Shown here one piece after another: positions 40,570 through 50,733 of a DNA stretch of 64,000 nt. The stretch comes from an uncultured Planctomycetales bacterium. Its GTDB lineage: Bacteria > Omnitrophota > Gorgyraeia > Zapsychrales > CAYRXT01. The position numbers were made by a program, and so were the translations under genes. Location of the stretch: assembly GCA_964428315.1 (NCBI GenBank), contig CAYRXT010000005.1, positions 12,592-76,591 on the forward strand, written 5' to 3'. The notes under the pieces are model-generated. The model was not told where the DNA came from and made no database searches. It worked only from the letters and a program-made list of their open reading frames with translations. Every line of letters begins with the position of its first letter. The first letter of the stretch is position 1.

Positions 40570-41526
40570 CTAAAGGCTGTAACCGAGCTCCTGGAGGAGG
40601 GACAGACTGTCCCTCCAGTTCTTCTTCGATTTGACATGGAGGTCGAGGAATATCTTCTTATCCAGCAGCAGTTCCAATTCCTGTCGGGCCGCCTGGCCGG
40701 CCTTCTTCAGCATTTGGCCGTGCCTGCCGATGACGATCTCTTTTTGTGACGCACGCTCGACGAGAATGGCGGCCTGGATAAAAAGCACCTGCCTGCGCTT
40801 GGGAACAAGACTCTCTATGTGCACGGCCAGCGAATGAGGGATCTCCTGGCGCAGGGCCTCGAAGAGTTTTTCGCGGATGATGTCCGCGATGGCCAGCCGC
40901 TGGGGCCGGTCGGTCTTGGTTTCAACCGGATAAAGCATCGGCCCAGGCGGAAGCCGCTCAAAAAGACAGTCGACCAGCTTGTCGCAATGCAGACCCGTCT
41001 TGGCCGAAACCGGCAGCATCAGGAATCTGCGCGCATCGTGAAAGGCCTCGCCCAAGACCTCCTGCCAGCGCATAATATACCTGTCCATGTGCGCGTCGCC
41101 CTGGTCAACCTTGTTCAACGCGAGGATAATCGGGAGGCGGGACCGGCACACTTTTTCAACGACCATGTTCTCTTCCGGGCCGACGACGCGTGTCACATCG
41201 ACGACGTGAACCAGGCAGTCCGCGCCCTCTATGGCCTGGACGCTGGAGGAGTTCATGAATTTGTCCAGCTCATCCTTCTGGCGGTGCATTCCCGGCGTGT
41301 CCAAAAAGACAATCTGTCCGCGCTCTTCGGTATAGATGCCGCGGATCGCGTGGCGCGTGGTCTGCGGCGTGCGCGAGACGATGGCCACCTTCTGCCCGAC
41401 AATGCGGTTGAGAAGAGTCGATTTGCCGACATTCGGCCTGCCCACAATAGAGGCAAATCCGCAGCGTGTCGCCTCCTCTTTCTCCGGCGTAAACGACATT
41501 TTTTGTGCTCTTTTCTTCCCCGGCAT
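40570..41526 (-). CDS. era: GTPase Era
   Basis: GRPNVGKST, PQTTR, DTPG, NKVD, IIREK, EIPHS, KH domain IVIGRHG. Confidence 0.97.
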   Translation of the reverse strand: MPGKKRAQKMSFTPEKEEATRCGFASIVGRPNVGKSTLLNRIVGQKVAIVSRTPQTTRHAIRGIYTEERGQIVFLDTPGMHRQKDELDKFMNSSSVQAIEGADCLVHVVDVTRVVGPEENMVVEKVCRSRLPIILALNKVDQGDAHMDRYIMRWQEVLGEAFHDARRFLMLPVSAKTGLHCDKLVDCLFERLPPGPMLYPVETKTDRPQRLAIADIIREKLFEALRQEIPHSLAVHIESLVPKRRQVLFIQAAILVERASQKEIVIGRHGQMLKKAGQAARQELELLLDKKIFLDLHVKSKKNWRDSLSLLQELGYSL

Positions 41527-41529
41527 GAT

Positions 41530-42432
41530 TCAGACGGAAACGTATTGAACGAGTCTTTTCATCCTGTGGTCGATATCGGATCTGGTCAGTTTTGCGGTCC
41601 GGCTCATGCCGAACCCCTCGACGTTAAAGCAAGCGACCGTGGTGGCATACAAGACCGCCTTTTTCAATGCCTTCGGCGTGCACCGCCCCCCCGATGCCAG
41701 AAACCCCATCAACCCGCCGGCAAACGTATCGCCGGCGCCCGTGGGATCCACGACCTCTTCCACCGGATAGGCGGGGATGGAAAAAAGGATATCGTCGCCG
41801 TAAAAGATGACGCCGTGCTCTCCCTTTTTGATGACAATCAGTTCCGGCCCCATCCTGCGCAGCTTCTTGGCGGCCTTGATGAGATTGTCCTCGCCGGTGA
41901 GCATCCTGGATTCCATGTCGTTGGCGACAAAGAGATCGATCCTCTTCATCAGCCGCAACAGGGATTTCTTTTTATGCATGATCCACAGATTCATGGAGTC
42001 CAGGCCGATCAGTTTCGGCCTCTCCATGAGCTCCAACAGCCGTATCTGCACGTCAGGATCATAATTGGCCAGAAAGACATGCGGGATCTTCTTCTGGCGC
42101 GGCGTGAGTTTCGGCACGAACCCCATCAAGACGCCCAGCTCGGTCTTGATGGTCACGGCGACATTCATGTCCTCTTTCTTGTATTCTCCGTCCCACTGAA
42201 AGGTTTTTCCATCGGAAAGGACCAGGGCTTCCAGGTTGATATTCTTTTCCCTGAGGACCTTCAGGTGCCTTTTCGGGAAATCCTTTCCCACCACCGCCGA
42301 CAATTCCACTTGCGTGAAAAGGCGCGCGCTCATGGCGAAATGCGCCGCCGAACCGCCCAGCATGCATTTGCGGATGCCGGCCGGCGTTTTCACGTTGTCC
42401 AGGGCAACTGTTCCCAATACGATCAGACTCAT
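41530..42432 (-). CDS. PfkB-family carbohydrate kinase
   Basis: GTVALD, LGGSA, KKGEHG, DPTGAGDTFAGG. Confidence 0.93.
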   Translation of the reverse strand: MSLIVLGTVALDNVKTPAGIRKCMLGGSAAHFAMSARLFTQVELSAVVGKDFPKRHLKVLREKNINLEALVLSDGKTFQWDGEYKKEDMNVAVTIKTELGVLMGFVPKLTPRQKKIPHVFLANYDPDVQIRLLELMERPKLIGLDSMNLWIMHKKKSLLRLMKRIDLFVANDMESRMLTGEDNLIKAAKKLRRMGPELIVIKKGEHGVIFYGDDILFSIPAYPVEEVVDPTGAGDTFAGGLMGFLASGGRCTPKALKKAVLYATTVACFNVEGFGMSRTAKLTRSDIDHRMKRLVQYVSV

Positions 42433-42482
42433 GTTGGCTTTCCCTTCTGTTCGTGATGAACGACGAACCTCCTGATCGCCCA

Positions 42483-42524
42483 TCGTCCTTTGCCTCTCGT
42501 CCTTCGTCCCTCGTTCCTTATCCC
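42483..42524. repeat. Degenerate 7-bp tandem repeat (intergenic)
   Basis: tcgtcct-ttgcctc-tcgtcct-tcgtccc-tcgttcc-ttatccc. Confidence 0.5.
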
Positions 42525-42528
42525 TCAG

Positions 42529-42945
42529 TCAGTCTCCAATCACTTTGATTAAGGCGCGCTTGCGCCGGCGCCCGTCGAATTCGCCGTAAAATATCTGTTC
42601 CCACGGCCCGAAATCCAGCCGGCCCTTGGTGATGGCGACAACGACTTCCCTCCCCATGACCTGCCGTTTCATGTGCGCGTCGGCATTGTCCTCGCCGACG
42701 TTATGGCGGTATTGGGATACCGGCTCGTGGGGGGCAAGCCTCTCCAGCCAATCGTCGTAATCCTGGATAAGGCCGCTCTCGTCGTCATTAATGTAGACAC
42801 TCGCGGTAATATGCATGGCGTTCACAAGGACAAAACCCTCTTTCACACCGCTTTTGTCAACGGCCTCCTGGACTTTCCCGGTAACGTTGATGTAATCCCT
42901 TCTTGTCTTTGAATTAAACCAAAGCTCTTCGCGGTAGCTTTTCAT
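42529..42945 (-). CDS. YjbQ/UPF0047 family protein
   Basis: [29 protein letters not shown]. Confidence 0.92.
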   Translation of the reverse strand: MKSYREELWFNSKTRRDYINVTGKVQEAVDKSGVKEGFVLVNAMHITASVYINDDESGLIQDYDDWLERLAPHEPVSQYRHNVGEDNADAHMKRQVMGREVVVAITKGRLDFGPWEQIFYGEFDGRRRKRALIKVIGD

Positions 42946-43023
42946 GACCGACCTCCTCCCGGGGCGTTCACACTTTCTTCTCGGGGCTCTCCCCTATCAT
43001 ACGGATTTATTTCCATTTGCCAA

Positions 43024-44772
43024 TCATTTTTCCGCATCTCTCCACTTTTTTTCCAAAGAACGCCGCGCATCGATGAAAACAGGGTGTCCCGGAAAGGCCT
43101 CAAGACTTCTGCGAAGCGCACCGCGGATTTTGTCCCTTTCCCCTGACAAGACGGCGCTTTGGAGATACCGTTCCAGCGTCGGTCTATCCGGCTCAATGAG
43201 CCCGAGAACGTCCTCATAGCATGCCGCGGCCCGGGCATGTTCTCCACGGCGGGCATAGGCCCAGCAGAGATCTTTGCGGGCGTTGACATAATCCGGCCGC
43301 AGGGCCAAGGCCTTCCTTAAAAGCGCGATAGTCTTGTCCGGGTCGTGAATATGCGAAACCGCCAGATCACGTAAATAGACGGGATGTTCCGGATCCAGAC
43401 GAAGACTTTTTTGAAAATGTTCCCTCGCCTCGGCGTAAAGGCCAAGACGCGCGTAACAGACGCCCAGACGGTGATGCGGCCTCGGATACGAGGGATAGTG
43501 CTCCGCCAGAAAGGAGGCCTGCGCGAACTCGTCTCTCCACAAACCAATCAAGGACAATGAAGAGACAAACACGACACTCACTAATCCCAGCCTGACGGTG
43601 TACCGCAGACCCTGCCGCGTCGTGAACATCTTTCTGGAAAAAACACTATCCTCAAGCCAGAGGACCAAAGCGGCCATCATCCCGGCGAGGGGTATATACA
43701 AGAAACGCCAGGCCATGGGATTGATCAAGGGAATGATATTGGACGCCGGGACAAGCCCCAGGGCAAACCACAGGAGAAAAAAGAGCCGCCTCCTGTCTTG
43801 TCGGAAACTCCGAAACAGGATCCACACGCTGGCCGCGCACACCGTTACCGATACAAGGTTTTGGAGATCCCATAGAGGAAGAACATCGGGCCGGAAAACC
43901 GCAGGCAGAGGTTTGACCATGACCGGGAACAGGACAGCCAGCACATAACCGGCCAGGATATCGACGACCGTGAGGACATGGACAAAGAGGCTGTTCTCAA
44001 AAAGCGTCAATCCCGAAAGGCTCTGGGCCGGGAAAACAACCGCATAAACAACGGCATAAAAGGAAAAGACGCACAGAAAGCCAAGGTAATCGGTCCTCAA
44101 CCTCCGCCGGAAAGGCGCGACGCCGCGATGGCCGGGAAAACAATGATCGCAGGCCGGAAGGAGCCCCAGGAGAACAACCGCCGTTTCTTTGCTGAACAGT
44201 GCCAGTCCAAACAGCGCCACCGAGAGCGCTGTCCTCCGGCGCACATAAGCCAAGAGCGAAGTCGCGACAAAGAAAAAAGCCGCGATATCCGACCGGAATC
44301 CGATATTCACCACGGCCTCAGTGCCCGCGGGATGCAGGGCAAACAGGAGCGCGCTGAAAAAGGCCGTCTCTTTCCGGGAAAGAAGGGCGAAGATCAAAAA
44401 ATAGAAAACGACCGCGTTGGCGAGGTGAAGTAGGATATTCGTCAGATGATAGCCGAAAGGCCGGCCCCGCCAGAGATAATAATCCCAGAAAAATGTCGCG
44501 CTGACAACCGGCCGGTAGGTGACCGACCCGGACCCCAGATCCCCGCGGCCTTTGAGAAAGGCCTCGTCGCTGACCGTAAAATAGCTCTCGTCGAACAGAC
44601 GGACAACATTCTCCGGACGGGAATAGAACGTGTTGTTGACGATGATCAGGTAATCGTCACCGACAAAGTCATGTCCCAGGCTGGGCGCATAGAGCGTGCC
44701 AGCCAGCAACACAATCATAAGGATGTTGCGCCAATGTCCCGCCGGCGTTTTAACTAACGGGCTAGAAGGCAT
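43024..44772 (-). CDS. TMTC-like GT-C glycosyltransferase with C-terminal TPRs
   Basis: FVGDD (DD motif), YRPV, YHLTNILLH, LFALHP..TEAV..I..R, FSKETA, RFLYIP, then TPRs; start at MPSSPL overlaps the upstream stop. Confidence 0.82.
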   Translation of the reverse strand: MPSSPLVKTPAGHWRNILMIVLLAGTLYAPSLGHDFVGDDYLIIVNNTFYSRPENVVRLFDESYFTVSDEAFLKGRGDLGSGSVTYRPVVSATFFWDYYLWRGRPFGYHLTNILLHLANAVVFYFLIFALLSRKETAFFSALLFALHPAGTEAVVNIGFRSDIAAFFFVATSLLAYVRRRTALSVALFGLALFSKETAVVLLGLLPACDHCFPGHRGVAPFRRRLRTDYLGFLCVFSFYAVVYAVVFPAQSLSGLTLFENSLFVHVLTVVDILAGYVLAVLFPVMVKPLPAVFRPDVLPLWDLQNLVSVTVCAASVWILFRSFRQDRRRLFFLLWFALGLVPASNIIPLINPMAWRFLYIPLAGMMAALVLWLEDSVFSRKMFTTRQGLRYTVRLGLVSVVFVSSLSLIGLWRDEFAQASFLAEHYPSYPRPHHRLGVCYARLGLYAEAREHFQKSLRLDPEHPVYLRDLAVSHIHDPDKTIALLRKALALRPDYVNARKDLCWAYARRGEHARAAACYEDVLGLIEPDRPTLERYLQSAVLSGERDKIRGALRRSLEAFPGHPVFIDARRSLEKKWRDAEK

Positions 44773-47566
44773 GGTTGACACCGAACCAGAAACGCGTGTC
44801 TTTTTTCGGGTCGCGGATCGCCTGCGCCGCGTCGACACGCACGATGATCTTCTCGAGAAAAGAACCCAGGGAGACGTGGAAGCGCAGCCCCACACCGGCG
44901 TCTTTTTTCAGGTCGGAATCGTTGAAGGCTTTGAACCAGTTGTGTCCCGCCTCGGCGAAGACGACCCCGTCCACGGCCTCGAAGCCTATAATGTTATCGA
45001 AAATCTTGACATCCATTCTGGGGATGATCGGGAACCGGTATTCCAGGCTCCCCAGCGCGATGTTCGCCCCCCGCAACGTCTTCCGGTCATAGCCCCTCAG
45101 CCCGTCCGGCCCGCCGAGTTCAAAGAGACTGCGGTCGTTGGGATAGCCTCCGGCGAATTTCAGGCGCAGGGCCGCCTGGGAATGAACCGTGACCGGCCGG
45201 TACAGGGACACATCGATCCCGCCGCGGTTGAAAGACTGCGTGGCGCCCAGGAAATGCCCTGAATGTTCAAAAAAGGTGCTCACGCGGTAACCCTGCGAGG
45301 GGTCGAGCACAGGTTCACTGCGGTCGAAAAACAGGGCCGCCCCTGCAACCGCTTCGTTTTTGCGCAGGTAGGAGATATTGCGGTCGTCCTCCGCAGGCTC
45401 GAGCACCGTCCCGCGGTTGATCTCACGGTTGCGGATTAGATAAAACGTGACATGATCGTTGATCTGGGAAAGGCCGTAGGCCATAGGCCACAGCTCCTTA
45501 CGTAAATATATTTTCCCTCCGACGAGATCCCGGTCCCCGTTCTCGAGATCGGTCGTGTTGAACAGTTCGAATCCCGCCGTGGCCAGCGTGTGAAAAACAT
45601 TCTTCACCTGATAACCCACCCGCGTCTTGTGCAGCTGCTCCCCGAACTCGTAGCCGGTCGCCGCATAAAAATTCTGGTCGAACGGTTTCTGCAAAGAGGC
45701 CTTCATCCCCAGCCCGTTCGCGATGATCTCCGGCCCGACGACAAGGTTATACGCGTCCTCGGGCAGGAAAAGCGACATGTCATACAGCGAAAGATAGAGC
45801 GGAACCGGCTCGACGTTCAGCCGGCGGGGCCAGTAATTGTTCGTCCGGTCGATATCCAAAAGGGCCTTTTGGGGATCGACGATCACCTCGCGAATCCGCC
45901 CTCCATCTCCGGCCAAAAGCACATCCCGCTCTTTGTCCCCGCCCCACACAAGGTCCTGGGTCCGGCCGTCTTCAAAGACGACGAGCACATCCGCATCCAC
46001 CGCGATACCGCCGCGGTTTTCCACATGGATCGCATTGTGTTCGACGGCGTTGACGGCATAGTCAAAATATTCGGCCGTCCTCAGCCACTGCCTGAAAAAC
46101 TCCCCCAGGTCCTTCCCACTCTCTTCTTCAGCGATGCGGACAAAGTCCTTCGTGCTGAGATTTCCGAAACGGTATTCCCGGAAGATCCTCCGGAACACAG
46201 CCCGGAAGGCCTCCTCCCCCACTGTATAACGCAGCATGGCCATAATCGCCGAACCTTTACCGTAGGTAATGGAAAAAATGCTGCTCGGCTCCTCGTAACT
46301 GGAGAGCTCGCTCTGCACCGGGTAATCCCAGTTGGTCCGGGCGATGATCTTATAGCGGTAGTCGCGCGCCTTGCGGAAAGAGGTATTGGGGAGGAGCCAG
46401 TCTATCCATTCCGGCCATTCGACGACCTCGGCGTTTTCGCCGTATTTGGCCTCAAGATACTGAAGGATAAAATAGGAATTCACCCCCTCCTCCAGCCACA
46501 TCTCGGAGAATTCATCCATGCCGACGAGATTATAAAACCACTGGTGGCCCGTCTCGTGCGCGATCAGAAAATCGAAATGCCGTTTCAGGATCCGCGGCTC
46601 GTCGAAAACGCGCGTATCCATAAAGACCATATTGGACATCTGTTCCCCGCCATAAGCCAGATGAACCGGTGCAATGCTGAACTGTTCATAGGGATATTCC
46701 CCGAACAGCTGTGTATAGAACTCCATCAAATCCCCGGCGCTGTCCAGGGCCATGGCGGCGTGCTCCTCGTCGCCGGGGAGATAATAACAGCGGAGCTCGG
46801 CCTCCGCTCTCCTGGTGCTCATGACCCGGTACCGCGGACTTAAGGCTAGGGTGAATTCCCTTACCGGGAGCCGCGTGGAGATCTTCAGGGTCTTCTTGCC
46901 CTCGCCGGTCGCACGCTCTTCGTCCAAGGTGCCCGTATGGATCACGCACATGTCTTCCGCCACCGTCAGCTCAACATCATAAATCGCGGCGTCGCTGAAG
47001 AACGGCCTATGGAAAGGATAGAACGGGGGATTGTTCCAGCCCCTTTCATCATGAACCGACAGAACGGGATACCAACGCGAGAGGGCAAATATGTCGTCAA
47101 TCCACCCGAAGCGGCCGTAGGAATGGGGTATCCGGAGGGTGAATCCCATGGACACGACGGCCTCCTCGCCTGGCATGAGAGGCTGTTCGAGGAGGACCTT
47201 CAATAAGGTGTCGTCCTCTCCCATTATCTCAAAGGCTCCCGGAATGTCGTTGACCCTGACATCGGAGAAGTGCATGTCCGGCACGGGGAAGCCGTCGGGA
47301 AAGGCATCAACATTAAAATAGCCTGCGTAGCGCATCATGAAGCTTTTTTCCTCATCGGAATACCGCCGGTTCGGATAGATATGGAAAAAGATTTCATGAA
47401 GGGGAGCCTCGCTCCTGTTTTGGTAGGTCACGCGCTGTTGGGCTGAGATTGTTTTTTCGTCCGTATCGACCGACGCCCGGATCTCGTACCGAGGCTGCGC
47501 GCCCGCCGCGGCCACCCATACCAGCGGGATCGCCAGCAAACCGATTCTCCAGAATATTTTTCTCAT
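44762..47566 (-). CDS. Secreted M1-family Zn metallopeptidase fused to a C-terminal Omp85/BamA-type beta-barrel
   Basis: Signal peptide; AHETGHQWF..(18)..WLEEG, YGKG; C-terminal GLRGY, EYRFP, DAGVGLRF and terminal FWFGVNHAF. Confidence 0.82.
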   Translation of the reverse strand: MRKIFWRIGLLAIPLVWVAAAGAQPRYEIRASVDTDEKTISAQQRVTYQNRSEAPLHEIFFHIYPNRRYSDEEKSFMMRYAGYFNVDAFPDGFPVPDMHFSDVRVNDIPGAFEIMGEDDTLLKVLLEQPLMPGEEAVVSMGFTLRIPHSYGRFGWIDDIFALSRWYPVLSVHDERGWNNPPFYPFHRPFFSDAAIYDVELTVAEDMCVIHTGTLDEERATGEGKKTLKISTRLPVREFTLALSPRYRVMSTRRAEAELRCYYLPGDEEHAAMALDSAGDLMEFYTQLFGEYPYEQFSIAPVHLAYGGEQMSNMVFMDTRVFDEPRILKRHFDFLIAHETGHQWFYNLVGMDEFSEMWLEEGVNSYFILQYLEAKYGENAEVVEWPEWIDWLLPNTSFRKARDYRYKIIARTNWDYPVQSELSSYEEPSSIFSITYGKGSAIMAMLRYTVGEEAFRAVFRRIFREYRFGNLSTKDFVRIAEEESGKDLGEFFRQWLRTAEYFDYAVNAVEHNAIHVENRGGIAVDADVLVVFEDGRTQDLVWGGDKERDVLLAGDGGRIREVIVDPQKALLDIDRTNNYWPRRLNVEPVPLYLSLYDMSLFLPEDAYNLVVGPEIIANGLGMKASLQKPFDQNFYAATGYEFGEQLHKTRVGYQVKNVFHTLATAGFELFNTTDLENGDRDLVGGKIYLRKELWPMAYGLSQINDHVTFYLIRNREINRGTVLEPAEDDRNISYLRKNEAVAGAALFFDRSEPVLDPSQGYRVSTFFEHSGHFLGATQSFNRGGIDVSLYRPVTVHSQAALRLKFAGGYPNDRSLFELGGPDGLRGYDRKTLRGANIALGSLEYRFPIIPRMDVKIFDNIIGFEAVDGVVFAEAGHNWFKAFNDSDLKKDAGVGLRFHVSLGSFLEKIIVRVDAAQAIRDPKKDTRFWFGVNHAF

Positions 47567-47597
47567 CCCCCACCTCCGTCGGATTATTTTGCGGCCT

Positions 47598-49595
47598 TCA
47601 TTCCTTCAGGCTCAATGGATTGAAATTCTCGATGGCCATCATCATGTACGCCGTCCCCGCCACCGAACCGGTCCGGTCGCCGTAAGGTGTTCGCCAGCCA
47701 TGACCGGTATCGGCGTATTCCAGAGTCGCGTAAGGCAAGCATCCTTCCCCCTGGCCCAGAGGCGAGGGGCTGGAAATGATCAGCTTGTTGAGCTCGTCCA
47801 GATAACGCGAGGCCTTCCGCCGGTAATACACCGCCTTCATATCGTTGCCTCCGGCGGAAAAATAGTCGGCGAGGATCTGGAAAGAGATTGCCATCTGCGA
47901 CGTCCATTCCGGTGAGACCATGCCGCCCCGCGGCATGTGCTTGTGCCTGGCGAAATCAAAACCCGTGACCTCGACCTCGACGCCGCTCGGACGGGGATAC
48001 ATCACCGTCACGCCGCAGTGTTCTTCGGCAAAATTCATGATCCGTTCGGGATCCATCCCCAACGATTCAAGCATCTCCGGACCCAGGGCCGCCAGAGACC
48101 AGGCGAAGGTATCGGTGGCGATGGTAGCATCACCCCGGCCCCTGTTTACCGGCGGCCTCCGGTAATCCCCGCTGTGTTTCACCATGGCGTAGGTCTTGAG
48201 CCAGCTTGCGGTCTTTCGGCGGGCCACATCGTATTTGTCCTTGTTCGTTAGCCGGTGGAGCATATCAAAGAAGGCGTAGGCGTCCAGGTTGTGCTCGGTG
48301 GCGAACCAGTCGAAATCGGGTCCACCGCGCAGTCCGCCGGCCGGGTCCTGGTCCTGGAGCGCAATCAGCCATCCGGCGATGGCTTCGGCCAGCGGAAGAT
48401 AAGAAGAATCCCCCGTTTTATGTTGATACTGCATAGCGGCGATGCCTGCCCATATGTTGGGACCGCAGTGGACGGTATACTCGGCGACTTCGCCGGAATC
48501 AAAGAAGTACGCGTTGTAAAAACCGGCATATCCTTGTGACATCATTCTCGAAAAGAAATTGAGGATCTTCTTCGCCCGCGGGACGTCTTCCGCCAGCAGA
48601 AAACAGTTGACGGCCAGGGCCTGATCGTAGATGAAGGCCCAGTCCTCGATGACGCCGACCTCTCCTTCAAAACTTTTCACGAGGCCCGTCGTCGAGCTCT
48701 GATGCCGGGCAAGCCACGCGTGCATCTGTTTCCAGACGGAATCTCTGAGGCCCTTTTTCTGTCGCTCGAGCATCTCCCTCTCGTCCTCCATCATCCTCTC
48801 CCGGCGCACCAGAAGATCATACTCGTCTTCCAAAGGCCCACGCCTTTCCTTCATTTCACGGAGTGTTTTTTTCAGGTCCATGATCGTTTTTTCCGACAGT
48901 TTCAACTCCCGGGCCATGGCGTCTTCCTGCTGTGTCCGCACGCGCAGGCCCTCCTGCGCCTCCTCAAGCCGGGCCGTCAAAGTCCGGATTTCGCGTGAAT
49001 ATTCGGCTATATCTTCCGCCAGCCTTGCTTTCCGGGATTCGATAGTCTCCAGGAGGCCGCCCAGGCGCGCCTCTTTCTGCTGAACCGTCACCAGGGCATC
49101 GACAAGCGCCGCGTTTCTTTCCTGCAGGCGCAGGTTATCCCTAAGACTGACAAGAAAAAGGGCAAAAAAGACACACACGGCCGCTGTCGCCAGGCGGGGG
49201 GCCCATACACTCCAGCGCGCATAACGGGTGAGCCGTTCCCGGTCAGATTCCGCTATTTCAACAAACCGCAGACCCGCCTGGAAATCAGCGGGAATGCGTT
49301 CCCCGGCCCGTTCCGTCCAGACCACCTCGCCCAAGGCCTCCACCGGAGGGCCGGACAAAGGAACGCGTATACGCAACCGGAGACGCGGCGGCCGGTTGTC
49401 CCGAGGCTTAAGCCAGTCCTCAAACTGATTGATGCCAAGACAAATGCCTCCGCGGCTGATATTGCAGGTGTAGCCCTGCTTCCAGACCGTTCCGTCCTCC
49501 TCCGGCGCCGCGCCGGGAGCGCGGTACTCCACGGGAAAGACGCTCTGCAAACGAATAAATTCTCTCTTATCGAGATGTAGAGTCTTTTTCTTCAT
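47598..49595 (-). CDS. PilZ domain - TM - coiled coil - putative six-hairpin glycosidase-like domain
   Basis: KREFIR/NISRGG PilZ motifs; TM LATAAVCVFFALFLVSL; about 130-aa heptad region; C-terminal YDQALA, GPNIW, TEHNLDAY, EWTSQM, SVAGTAY. Confidence 0.75.
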   Translation of the reverse strand: MKKKTLHLDKREFIRLQSVFPVEYRAPGAAPEEDGTVWKQGYTCNISRGGICLGINQFEDWLKPRDNRPPRLRLRIRVPLSGPPVEALGEVVWTERAGERIPADFQAGLRFVEIAESDRERLTRYARWSVWAPRLATAAVCVFFALFLVSLRDNLRLQERNAALVDALVTVQQKEARLGGLLETIESRKARLAEDIAEYSREIRTLTARLEEAQEGLRVRTQQEDAMARELKLSEKTIMDLKKTLREMKERRGPLEDEYDLLVRRERMMEDEREMLERQKKGLRDSVWKQMHAWLARHQSSTTGLVKSFEGEVGVIEDWAFIYDQALAVNCFLLAEDVPRAKKILNFFSRMMSQGYAGFYNAYFFDSGEVAEYTVHCGPNIWAGIAAMQYQHKTGDSSYLPLAEAIAGWLIALQDQDPAGGLRGGPDFDWFATEHNLDAYAFFDMLHRLTNKDKYDVARRKTASWLKTYAMVKHSGDYRRPPVNRGRGDATIATDTFAWSLAALGPEMLESLGMDPERIMNFAEEHCGVTVMYPRPSGVEVEVTGFDFARHKHMPRGGMVSPEWTSQMAISFQILADYFSAGGNDMKAVYYRRKASRYLDELNKLIISSPSPLGQGEGCLPYATLEYADTGHGWRTPYGDRTGSVAGTAYMMMAIENFNPLSLKE

Positions 49596-49607
49596 GGCTC
49601 CCAAGGT

Positions 49608-50723
49608 TTACTCGGTCCCGGCATGCTCCTCGGCCAGACGGATACGTCTGGCAACCGGGGGATGATCATAGAAAAGGATCACATCCAACCTGCGGGGATC
49701 CCATTCGGCCAGATTCCGTTCGGCCAGCTTTCGCATCATGGAAATGAAATCATCCGTCTTTCCCGTCAGGGTGATCGCGAAACGGTCGGCCCGGACCTCC
49801 AGGTGCCGGCTGAAGGCGTTCATTAGGGGAGTCAGGACCAGCCCGACGAGCGAAAAGGCCAGCAGGATCACCGGCAGAAACGCGATATCATCAAGTCGTT
49901 CAAAACCGAACCAGGGCAGAGCCGCGGAAAGGAAGAGGTGGACCAGAAAGAAACTCCCCGCCGCGGCCAGCGTCTGCGCGAGAGCCATCCAAACGATGTC
50001 ATGATGTTTATAATGGCTCATCTCATGCGCCACGACGGTCTCGATTTCCTCGCGGGTAAAACCTTTGACAAGCGTATCGCTCAGGACCACGCGCCGCGAA
50101 GAGCCCAGGCCGCAGATAAAGGCATTGGCCTTTGAGGATTTGCGCGAAAGGTCTATCGTATAGACATCCTTAAGAAGTACGCCGCAGCGGTCAAATAAAC
50201 GCGCGATCCGCCGGCGGAGCTCTTCATCTTCAACCGGTGTATACCTGAAAAAAAGCGGGACGATGACGCGTGGGGTGATGTGGGCCAGGAACAGCGAAAA
50301 CAACAGCCAGAAACCCGTCGCGGCCATCCACCATGTCCGAGGCCAGAGGCCGAGGAAAACACAGATGACGTGCGCGAGGGTAAAAAATACGAGAAATCCG
50401 ACAGCGGCCTTTTTCGCTTCGTCCCGACACCATGCCCAGAACGACTGCGCGGAAAGACCGAAACGGTGTTCCAGATAAAAGGTCCCGTACATGTTGAAGG
50501 GCAGATGAAGCAATAAAAGGAAGGTCCCGAAAAGGACAAGAAACAGCGAGCGCGCAAAAAACGCCCCTTCCGCCACACTCCATGACCATTCACGCAGTCC
50601 GGCGGACCACCCGGCAAAGGACCACACACACAGAGCCGCAAGGTCAAAGGTAAGCGAGAGGAAAAAAAGCCGCCTCTTGATCCAATGGTAATGTTTCGCT
50701 CTGCCGTGAGTTCCGTTATTCAC
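49608..50723 (-). CDS. M48 (Ste24/CAAX-like) membrane metallopeptidase
   Basis: EHRFGLS, NAFICGLG..RRVVLSDTL, AHEMSH, EVRADRFA, HPP..RRI. Confidence 0.92.
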   Translation of the reverse strand: MNNGTHGRAKHYHWIKRRLFFLSLTFDLAALCVWSFAGWSAGLREWSWSVAEGAFFARSLFLVLFGTFLLLLHLPFNMYGTFYLEHRFGLSAQSFWAWCRDEAKKAAVGFLVFFTLAHVICVFLGLWPRTWWMAATGFWLLFSLFLAHITPRVIVPLFFRYTPVEDEELRRRIARLFDRCGVLLKDVYTIDLSRKSSKANAFICGLGSSRRVVLSDTLVKGFTREEIETVVAHEMSHYKHHDIVWMALAQTLAAAGSFFLVHLFLSAALPWFGFERLDDIAFLPVILLAFSLVGLVLTPLMNAFSRHLEVRADRFAITLTGKTDDFISMMRKLAERNLAEWDPRRLDVILFYDHPPVARRIRLAEEHAGTE

Positions 50724-50733
50724 GTCCGTCTCG

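Noticed and set aside
40819-42456. 545-aa plus-strand ORF
   Set aside because: Antisense to era and the pfkB gene.
45590-46843. 417-aa plus-strand ORF
   Set aside because: Antisense to the M1 peptidase-Omp85 gene.
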